Part shown: one piece after another, positions 53,876 to 64,000 of the stretch
Numbering within the stretch: position 1 is the stretch's first letter
Layout of the letters: every line of letters begins with the position of its first letter
From: Camelus ferus
Lineage: Eukaryota
Direction of reading: 5' to 3'
NCBI RefSeq assembly: GCF_009834535.1
Contig: NC_045697.1
Coordinates: forward strand, 85,810,001-85,874,000
DNA: 64,000 nucleotides
Notes under the pieces: model-generated
Databases searched by the model: none
Seen by the model: the letters and a program-made list of their open reading frames with translations, nothing else
What the model was told of the DNA's origin: nothing
Made by a program: the position numbers and the translations under genes

Positions 53876-56800
53876 TATCCTTCTATACAGACCTTGAAAC
53901 AGCAGATACTTGGCATATTCACAGAGCAGCCAAGTCAGTCCAACTGTAGCTCAGTTAGAAAAGGAGGAAGTGGTAAGAGATGATGTCAGACTTGTCCTGA
54001 GAACCAGGCAGGTAAGCCTCTTTTGGAGACACAGTAAAGCCCTTCAACAGGGCAAGCTGAGCAGGACCCTCTAAATTGTGGGTGCTTAGATTGTCCTGTT
54101 GAAGGGCAACACAGCAGTTTTCTCTTTGGATAGTAGTGCAGAACCATAAAAATAAGCATGCAAGCTGAAACTATGCCAAGTGATCTTAATAATCATGGGG
54201 GTTGGTGACCAAGATGTCAGAGCAGGAGACAGAGCTCACCTCCTCTCACGAACACACCAAAATCACAACTAACTGCAGAACCACCATTGATGAAAAAGAC
54301 TGGCACCTATGAGGAAAGATCTTCTACAACCAAAGGCATAAAGAAGGAACCTCAACAAGATGGGCAGGAGGGGCAGACTCATGACATAATCAAATCTCAT
54401 CCCCTAGGGTGGGTGACCCACAAACTGAAGAATAATTATATTACAGAGGTTCTCCTACAAGAATGAGAGTTCTGAGCCCCATGTAAGTCTCCCCAACTCA
54501 GGGGTCTGGCACCAAGGAGGAGTCCCCAGAGTTTTTGGCTTTGAAGGCCAGTATGGCTTAATTGCAGGAGCTCCACAGGACTAGGGGAAATAAAGACTTC
54601 ACTCTTAAAAAAAACACACACACACACAAAATCTTACCTGCACTGGGACCAAGGGCAAAATCAGAAATTTCTTAGGAGCCAGGATCAGACCTACCTGCTG
54701 GTCTTGGAGGACATCCTAGGAGGCAGGGTATGATTGGACACCCCACCCTTCCAGGAACATAGACTTGGTGGCAAACATATCTGGGAGTATTCATCTTCAT
54801 GAACTCTCTAATAGGCTGACTTAGGTCATTAGCACCAAGGTCTGGCCCCACCAAACAGCCTGTAGGTTCCTATGCTGGGACGCATCAGGCCAAACAACTG
54901 GGTGGGGACACATCCCACCCATCTGCCTCTAGAGATGCCTCTAGGCACTACCCTGCCCACCAGAGGGCCAAGACCCAGCTCTCCAGCTGGCAGACACTAT
55001 CCCCTCCCACCAAGAAGCCTGCAAAATTCTCTAGACCAGCTTCACCTTCCAGGGGGAATACTCCAGAAGCAAGAGAATGACAATCCGATAGCCTGTAGAA
55101 CTGAGTTGGCAAACACAGGCAAGAACCTACCTTGGGACCAGCTGACCCATGGCCCTTGAGTGATGAGAGGGGAGTCCACTGCTGGGACACATAGGATGCC
55201 TCCTACAGAAGCTACCTCTCCAAGGTCAAGAAATGTAACTAACCCAGCATATACATAAAAATGCAAATAGAAATTTAGACAAAATGAGGTGATAGAGATA
55301 TGTGTTCCAGACAAAGAAACAAGATAACATCCCAGAAGAACAAGAAACTGATGCAGAGATAGGCAGTTTACCAGAGAAAGAGTTCAGAGTAATAATCATA
55401 AAGATGAGTAAAGAACTCAGGAGGAGAATGAATGCACAGAGTGAGAAGTTAGGATTTTTTTTAACAAAGAGTTAGAAAATATAGACCAACTATACAGAGA
55501 TGAAGAATACAATAACTGATAGGAAAAATACACTAGAAGGAATCAGTAGTAGATTACATAAGGCAGAAGAATGGATCAGTGAGCTGAAAGACAGTAGTGG
55601 AAATCACAACTGCATCAGAAAAAAGAGTGAAAAGAAATGATGACAGTTTAAGAGAACTGTGGAACAACATCCAGCACACTAATATTCACATTATCGAGGT
55701 CCCCGGAGGAGAAGAGAGAGAAAGAGCCTGAGAAAATATTTGAAGAGATAATAGCTGAAAACTCCCCTGAACTGCAAAAGGAAACAGTCACCCAAGTCCA
55801 GAAAGCACAGAGTCTCATACAGGTTTCCCTAAAAAGAACACACCAAGAGACACTATAATTAAAATGACAAAAATTAAAGATAAAGAATATTAAAAGCAAC
55901 AAGGAAAAAGCAACAAATAACATACAAGAGAACCTTAAGATCATAAGCTGATTTTTCAGCTGAAACTCTACAGGCCAGAAGGGAGGGGCACAGTATCTTT
56001 AAAGTGATAAAAGAGAAACACCTACAACCAAGAATACCTTACCAGCAAGGCTCTCCTTCACATTGGATGGATAAATCAAAATCTTTATAGACAAGCAAAA
56101 GCTAAAAGAATTCAACACCACCAACCCACCTTTACAACAAATACTAAAGGAACTCCTCTAGGCAGAAAAGAAAAGGCCACAACTAGAAACAAGAATATTA
56201 TGAAATGGAAAAACTCACCAGTAAAGGCAAACGTACAGTAAAGGTAAGAAATCATCCACACACAAACTAGTAGGAAGGTTAAAAGACAAAAGTAATAAAC
56301 TCATCTATATCTACAATAAGCAGATAAGAGATACACAAAACAATTAGATGTAAAAATGATAACAGTAATCATGAGGTGAAGAGAGTACAAATGCAGAGTT
56401 TTGAAAATGCATCTGAAATTAAGAGATCAGAAACTTAAGCAATTATATATATACATAATTATATCTATATTATATATATTATATATAGATATAATTATGT
56501 ATATATAGAGAGAGACAGAGACTGCTACACCAAAATCTCGTGGTAACCACAAAACAAAAATCTGTAATAGATATACACACAAAACAAGAAAAAGAAATCT
56601 AAACACAACACTAAAGATGGTCACCAAATCACAAGGGAAGAGAAAAACGAAGGAAAGAGGAAAAACAAAGACCTATAAAAACAATTAGCAAAATGGCAAT
56701 AAGAACATATATATCAATAATTACCTTAAATGTAAACAGACTAAATGCTCCAACCAAAAGACACAGACAGGCTGAACTGATACAAAAACAAGACCAGTAT

Positions 56801-58238
56801 ATTTGCTGTGTAACAAGAGACTCACTTCAGACTGAGAGACACAGAAAGTGAAGAGATGTAAAATGGTATTCCACACAAATGGAAATCAAAAGAAAACCAG
56901 AGTAGCAACATTTATTAACAGACAAAGTAGACCTTAAATAAAGACTGCTACAAGAGACATTAAACAAGGACACTACATAATGATCAAGAGATCAATCCAA
57001 GAAGAAGATATAACAATTTAAAATATATATGTACCCAAGATAGGAGCATCTCAATGTATAAAGCAAATGTTAACAGACATAAAGAGAAAAATTAACAGGA
57101 ACACAATAATAGTGGGGGACTTCAACACCCCACTTACATCAATGGATAGATCATCCAGACAGAAAATCAATAAGGAAACATAGGCCTTAAATGATGCATT
57201 GGACCAGATGGAATTCATTGATATTTATAGAGTAATCCATGCAAAAGCAGCAGAATACACATTCTTTTCAAGTGTACATGGAACATTCTCCAGGATAGAT
57301 GACATGCCGGTCCACAAAGCAAGGCTTAGTAAATTTAAGAAAACCGAAATCATATCAAGCATCTTTTCTGATCACAGCACTATAAGAATGGAAATTAACT
57401 TCAAGAAAAAAACTGCAAAAAAACACAAACACACAGAGGCTAAATAATATGCTACTAAACAACCAATAGATCACTGAATATATCAAAAAATACCTAGACA
57501 CAAATCAAAACAAAAACATGATGATCCAAAACCTATGGGAAGCAGCAAAAGCAGTTCTAAGATGGAAGTTTATAGTGATACAAGCCTACCTCAGGAAACA
57601 AGAAACATTACAAATAAACAAACTAAGCTTATACCTAAAGCAACTAGAGAAAGAAGAACAAACAAAACCCAAAACTAGTATATGGAAAGAAATCATAAAG
57701 ATCAGAGCAGAAATAAATGAAACAGAGACTAAAAAACAATAGAACAGATCAATGACACTAAAAGCTGTTTCTTTGAAAAGATAAACAAAACTGATCAACC
57801 TTTAGCCAGACTCATCAAGGAAAAAAGGGAGAGGGCTCAAATTAATAAAATCAGAAATAAAAAAGAAGTTACAACTGACATCACAGAAATACAAAGGATT
57901 CTAAGAGGCTGCTACAAGCAACTATATGCCATAAAATGGACAATGTAGAAGATATAGACAAATTCTTAGAAAGGTACAGCCTCCCAAGACTGAAACAGGA
58001 AGAAATAGAATAGAAAATATGAACAGACCAATTATCAGTAATGAGATGAAATTAAAGATTAAAAAACTTCCAACAAAAGTTTAGGACCAGATGGCTTCAC
58101 AGGTTAATTCTACCAAACACGTACAGAAGAGTAAACACCTATCCTGAAACTATTCCCAAAAAAATGCAGAAAAGGGAACATTTCTGAAATCATTTTATGA
58201 GGTCACCATTACTCTGATACCAAAATGAGACAGAGATG

Positions 58239-58239
<1 letters not shown>

Positions 58240-58283
<44 letters not shown>
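58240..58283. repeat. (CA)n microsatellite inside L1 ORF2
   Basis: Seen directly. Confidence 0.97.
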
Positions 58284-58285
<2 letters not shown>

Positions 58286-60343
58286 TACAGGCCAGTATCA
58301 CTGATCAACATGGATGCAAAAATCCACAACAAAATACTAGCAAATCAACTCCAACAACACATTAAAAAAGGATCATACACCATGATCAAGTGGAATTTAT
58401 TCCAGGGATGCAAGAATTTTAACAATAGCCACAAATCATTTCAACATTAACAAATTGAAGAATAAAAACCATACGATTATTGCAATCGATGCAGATAAAG
58501 CTTCTGATAAAATTTAACATACATTTATGAGAAAAACTCTCCAGAAAGTGGGCATGGAGGGAACATACCTCAATGTAATAAAGGCCACATATGGCAAACC
58601 CACAGCTAACATTATGCTCGACATTGAAAAGCTAAAAGCATTTCCTCTAAGATTAGGAACAAGACAAAGATGCCCACTCTCACCACTTTTATTCAACATA
58701 GTTGTGGAGGTCTTACCACAGCAATCAGAAGAGAAAGAAATAAAAGGAATTCAAATTGGAAAATAAGAAGTAAAACTGTCACTGTTTGCAGATAACATAC
58801 TATACATAGAAAACCCTAAAGAGGCTATCAGAAAACTTTTAGAACTCATCAATGAATTCAGTAAAGTTGCAGGATACAAAATTAATATACAGAAATCTGT
58901 TACACTTCTATACACTAACAACAAAATATCAGAAATAGAATTTAAGGAAACAATCCCATTTACAATTGTATCAAAAAAAGAGTAAAGTACCTAGGAATAA
59001 ACCTACCTAAGGAGGCAAAAGACCTGTACTAGGAAAACTGTAAGATGCTGATGAAAGAAATTGAAGATGACACAGATGGAAAGATATACTGTTCTTGAAT
59101 TTGAGGAATCAACATTATTAAAACAACCATACAATCCAAAGAAATCTACAGATTCAGTACAATCCCTATCAAATTACCAATGGCACTTTTCACAGAGCTG
59201 CAACAAAAAAAATTTACTGTTTGTATGGATACACCAAAAACCTCAAATAGCCAAAACAATTTTGAGAAAGAAGAGCAAAACTAGAGGAACCAGGCTCCCT
59301 GACTTCAGACTATACTACAAAGCTACAGTAATCAAAACACTATGGTGCTGGCTCTAAAACACACACATAAATCATTGGCACAGGATAGAAAGTCCAGAAA
59401 TAAACCCATGCACTTATGATCAATTAATCTAAAACAAAGAAGGCAAGAATATGCAATGGAGAAAAGACAATCTCTTCAATAAGGGGTGCTGGGAAAACTG
59501 GACAGCTGCATGTAAAAGAAATTAGAACATTCTCTAACACCATATACAAAAATAAACCCAAAATGGAGTAAAGACCTGTGTGTAAAACCAGAAGTCATAA
59601 AAATCGTAGGGGAAAACATAGGCAGAACTCTTTAATATAAATTGTAGGAATAGTTTTTGGATTCATCTCCTAGAGTAATGGAAATAAAAGCAAAAATAAA
59701 CAAATGGGACCTAATTAAACTTAAAAGCTTTTGCACTGCAAAGGAAACTATAAATAAAATGAAAATACAACCAATGGAATGGGAGAAAATATTTGCCAAT
59801 GATGCAACCAACAAGAGATTAATTTCCAAAATACACAAACAGCTCATACAGCTTAATATCAGAAAAACAAACAACCCAATCAAAAAATGAGCATAAGACC
59901 TAAACAGACATTTTCTCCAGAGAAGATATACAGATGACCAATAAGCACATGAAAAGATGCTCAACATCGCTAATCATCAGGGAAATGCAAATCAAGACTA
60001 CAATGATGTACCACCATACACCAGTCAGAATGGCCATCATTAAAAATTCTACAAGTAATAAATGCTGGAGAGGGTGTGGAGAAAAGGGAACTGTTGGTGG
60101 GAATGGAAATTTGTGCAGCCACTATGGAAAATAGTACGGATGTTCCTTAAAAAACTAAACATAGACTTACTATATGATCTAGCAATCCCACTCCTGGGCA
60201 TATACCTGGGAAAGATGAAAATTCTAATTCAAAAAGATATATATGCACCTCAGTGTTCACAGCAGCACTATATATACGATAGCCAAGACATGGAAACAAG
60301 CTAAATGTTCATCAACATATGACTGGATAAAGAAGATGTGGTA

Positions 60344-60418
60344 TAAATTTGACAACATTGTAAAATGACTATAACTCAATAAAAAATGTTAAAATTTTTT
60401 TAAAAATTAAAAAAAAAA
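60344..60418 (+). mobile_element. Tiny young L1 3' tip nested in the full-length L1
   Basis: tttgacaacattgtaaaatgactataactcaataaaaaa plus A-rich tail; TSD aagatgtggta at 60333-60343 and 60419-60429. Confidence 0.88.
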
Positions 60419-61371
60419 AAGATGTGGTACAAACATGCCCCCAATAGAATATTACTCGGCCATTAAAAAAACGAATGAAATAACGCCACTTGCAGGAACA
60501 TGAACAGACCTACAGATTATCATATTAAGTGAAGTAAGTCAGACAGAGAAAGACAAATATATGACATCACTTATATGTAGAATCCAAAAAAATGATACAA
60601 ATGAACTTATTTATATACCAGAAATAGACTTATAGATATAGAAAACAAACTATGGTAACCAAAAGGGAAAGAGGGGGGAGGGATAAATTAGGAGTTTGGG
60701 ATTAACATATACATACCATTATATATAAAATAGATTAACAAGAACCTACTGTATAATACAGGGAAGTATATTCAATATCTTGTAATAACCTATGATGAAA
60801 AAGAATCTGAAAAAGAATATATATATATATATATATGAGTCATTTTGCTGTACACCTAAAACACACTGTAATCAACTATACATCAATAAAAAAAAATTTT
60901 TTAAAGAGCAACTTTAAAATGATTACTCAGCAAAAAAAAAAAAAAAATCATGGGGAAAATTAGGATTGTTCCAGAATCTTTAAAAATATTTATTAAAACA
61001 TTAAAAACTCTCCTACTGGTGGTTATAAATATATCAGCAGTAAACTAATATTTATTTAGTACATTGCATTTTAAAATATTGGAAACGTTGGGGAGTTAAT
61101 GTGTCAAACTTTATCAATAATAGATTTGAACAAAAAAAATAGATTTGAACAGTGCTTGCCTTTTTCTGACATATGACCTGCTATATGGAGAAAGCATCAT
61201 TTCTATGCAAATTTTCACATTCCTTTCTAAGTTTGGATCAACTTCCAGTATTTTATCTTTTGTGCTTTCAATGTCATGAAATGTCTCGAAGAGTTCCTTT
61301 AATGTGAAGTGTTTGCCAGCATTAGTTCCTCTGGAACATCTTTATTCACAACCACTTTTCCCATTTATACT

Positions 61372-61594
61372 TTTTTTTTTAAACTGAATTATAGTCATTT
61401 TACAATGTTGTGTCAAATTCCGGTGTAGAGCACAATTTTTCAGTTATACATGAACATACATATATTCATTGTTGCATTTTTTTTCACTGTGAGCTACTAC
61501 AAGATCTTGTATATATTTGCCTGTGCTATACAGTATAATCTTGTTTATCTGCTCTACATATGCCTGTCAGTATCTACAAATTTCAAACTCCCAG
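61372..61594 (-). mobile_element. Young L1 3' end, antisense
   Basis: Poly-T then ttatagtcattttacaatgttgtgtcaaattcc; tatact duplicated at 61366-61371 and 61595-61600. Confidence 0.88.
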
Positions 61595-62417
61595 TATACT
61601 GTTAAGTTCACCTTTACTCATTTCTGCTAGCTGCATATCTCATCTCTTGAACAATGTATCAACATTTCCAGGGTCAGCCATTTCTTCTATAATTCCTTTG
61701 ATGTCCAGTTTGAATTACACTTCCAGCATTACCATTACTTCTTTCTTTCATGAGATTTCATCTTCACTGGCCAATTTCCACTTTAGAGTATCCATTTTTG
61801 TAAAATGCCACATGGATTTATTTTTGGAAGGCAACACAACTCACATTTTGCTGTCTGTGTGTGAACCAAATAACAGATGCACCAATCACCTATAGACTTC
61901 CAAAGAAGTGACATGATTATTTAATGATCATGATGCACATTTTTTATTTATAAAGTGATTTGTGAACTGAAGAGATGGTAGCCAAGTGTGTACTTTTACT
62001 ATTACTGTGGTAACTGAAATCCATGCCTATTAGAACCGTGAGGGTGAGGACTGCCTTACTGCTTTGCAAAATTACAAAGAACACAGGTGGTAGTTTAAGG
62101 AAACATTTAAGCTCAAAGGAGGATCTTTTTAAAGTGGGGAAAATTGCAGCTTGTTTGTATAATGGTAGGAATGCTCCTGAAGAGACGAGTAAGTGGGCGA
62201 TAGAGAAGGAGGGGATATTTACAGGAGTTAACAACTTGTGTAGGCAAAAGAGGGTGGAACCCAGCACATAAGTGGAAGGTTGGTTTTAGGCAGAAGTACA
62301 GTTTATCCATTTTAAATGCAAAGTAGAATATATGGGAATGGGGGTTGTAGGTGGTTGTTCTCTCACAAATGCTACTATTTTCTCGGCAGAATAAAAAGCA
62401 AGCTCTTTTAATGAGAC

Positions 62418-63748
62418 TAAAACAGAACAGTTGCATATAAATCAATAAAGTTAGAACACTCCCTCTTACCATACACAAAAATAAACTCACAATGACTTAA
62501 AGATTTCAACGTAAGACGAGACACTATAAACCTCCTAAAAGAAAACATAGGCAAAACATTATCTGACATAAATCTCAGCAATGTTCTCGTAGGGCAATCT
62601 ACCCAAGCAATACAAATGAAAGTAAAAATAAGCAAATGGAACCTAATTAAACTTATAAGCTTCTTCATAGCAAAGGAAACCATAAGCAAAACAAAAAGAC
62701 AACCTACAGAGTAGAAGAAAATATTTGCGAAAGATGAGACTGATAAGAGCTTAATATCCAGAATATATAAACAGCTCATACAATTTAATAACAAAAAATA
62801 AACCAACCAATCAAAAAATGGGCAGAAGACCTAAATAAGCAACTCTCCAATGAAGACATATAAATGGCCAACAGAAAAAATGCTCAATATCGCTAATTAT
62901 CAGAGAAATGAAAATCAAAACTACAATGAGGTATCATCTCACACCAGTCAAAATGGCCATCATTCAAGTTCCACAAACTATAAATGCTGGAGAGGGTGTG
63001 GAGAAAAAGGAACTTTCCTACACTGCTGGTGGGAATGTAGTTTGGTGCAGCCATTATGGAAAACAGTATGGAGATTCCTCAAAAAAACTAAAAATAGACT
63101 TACCATATGATCCAGCAATCCCACTCCTGGACATATATCCAGAGGGAATTCTAATTCGAAAAGATACATGCACCCCAGTATTCATAGCAGCACTGTTTAC
63201 AATAGCTAAGACATGGAAACAACCTAAATGTCCATTGACAGGTGACTGGATAAAGAAGTTGTGGTATATATACACAACAGAATACTACTCAGCCACTTGC
63301 TGAGTAGTAACATAATAATGCCATTTGCAGCAACATGGATGGACCTGGAGATTGTTATTCTAAGGGAAGCAAGCCAGAAAGAGAAAGAAAAATACCATAT
63401 GATATTACCTATATGTGGAATCTAAAAAAAGACAAATTACATATGAAAGAGAAACAGACTCAGATGTAGAAAACAAGCTTATGGTTGGAGAGGGAGGGAT
63501 GAAGGTAGGAAGGGATAAATTGGGAGTTCAAGATTTGCAGATACTAACTACTATATATAAAACAGATAAATAACAAGTTTATACTGTATAGCACAGGGAA
63601 CTATATTCAATATCTTATAGTAACTTATAATGAAAACGAATATGAAAATTAATATACATATGTGTATATATATGTATGACTGAACTATTATGCTGTACAC
63701 TAGAAAATGACACAACACTGTAAACTGACTATACTTCAATAAAAAAAG
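62418..63748 (+). mobile_element. Lineage-specific 5'-truncated L1 inserted in an L2-like tract
   Basis: ORF 62908-63303 ([43 protein letters not shown]), 3' UTR and aataaa followed by poly-A. Confidence 0.93.
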
Positions 63749-64000
63749 AAGGAATAGGAAATAGTAAAGCCTTGAGGAAAGAAGAAACTGTGCAACTATA
63801 TGTCTTGGAGAGGGAGAGTGAATTGGTAATGGAAATAAAGATTTCTAAACCCTCTTAGAGTCACTCAAGATCAGGACCAAAAAGAGACCTGCCAGGTTCC
63901 TCTGTTATTCCCATTAAGTACATAATAGTCCAGGAAATGGAAAGCAAACCCAAGAAAGTTAAGTTACAGTTATAAAAATAAATAGAAAAATACATTATTG

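Larger units (their letters stand above)
54201..60945 (+). mobile_element. Full-length (about 6.7 kb) inactivated LINE-1
   Basis: 5' UTR 54201-about 55280, ORF1 remnant about 55284-56160, ORF2 from ATG at about 56692 with EN (GDFNTP, SDH), degenerate RT site ctgtttgcagataac at about 58782 and C-terminus, then 3' UTR and poly-A. TSD aatcatgggg at 54191-54200 and 60946-60955. Numerous stops and frameshifts. Confidence 0.96.
54112..62056 (-). mobile_element. Old Tigger-type DNA transposon in three pieces (54112-54200, 60956-61371, 61595-62056), host to two L1 insertions
   Basis: Imperfect TIRs (cagcagttttctc and gaggactgcct followed by ta). Minus strand of 61130-61340 gives, across a frameshift, a Tigger transposase C-terminal remnant (DVPEEL..FTLKELFETFHDIESTKDKILEVDPNLER). 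Confidence 0.7.

Noticed and set aside
54201..60945. Active, retrotransposition-competent L1
   Set aside because: ORF1 and ORF2 are broken by many stops and frameshifts, the RT catalytic motif is degenerate, and a (CA)n tract and nested insertion are present.

Overview
AT-rich, CpG-depleted mammalian genomic DNA that is mostly interspersed repeats. I find no recognisable protein-coding gene, tRNA, rRNA or CRISPR array. The ORF-track entries that resemble proteins are LINE-1 ORF1/ORF2 fragments. The young L1 3' ends (...gacacaacattgtaaa(a/c)tgactata(a/c)ctcaataaaaaa), the short Tigger1/Tigger2 derivatives and the absence of obvious Bov-tA, PRE-1, SINEC or Alu SINEs suggest a cetartiodactyl, probably a camelid; this is an inference from memory of repeat consensus sequences. 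Main landmarks: (1) a decayed full-length L1 of about 6.7 kb (54201-60945) with a 10-bp TSD, nested in an old Tigger-type transposon; (2) a degenerate ERV-L provirus remnant (LTR, PBS, gag, pro, RT, RNase H; minus strand, about 29.7-33.0 kb); (3) many truncated, internally deleted or inverted L1s, plus L2, MIR, MaLR and DNA transposons. I see no evidence of a new multi-gene system. The most interesting signals are small-scale: a 69-nt pre-miRNA-like hairpin, a probable short L1 3' transduction, twin-priming and template-switch L1 structures, several local templated duplications, and weak candidate non-coding exons and regulatory patches. Repeat subfamily names and old-repeat boundaries are approximate.
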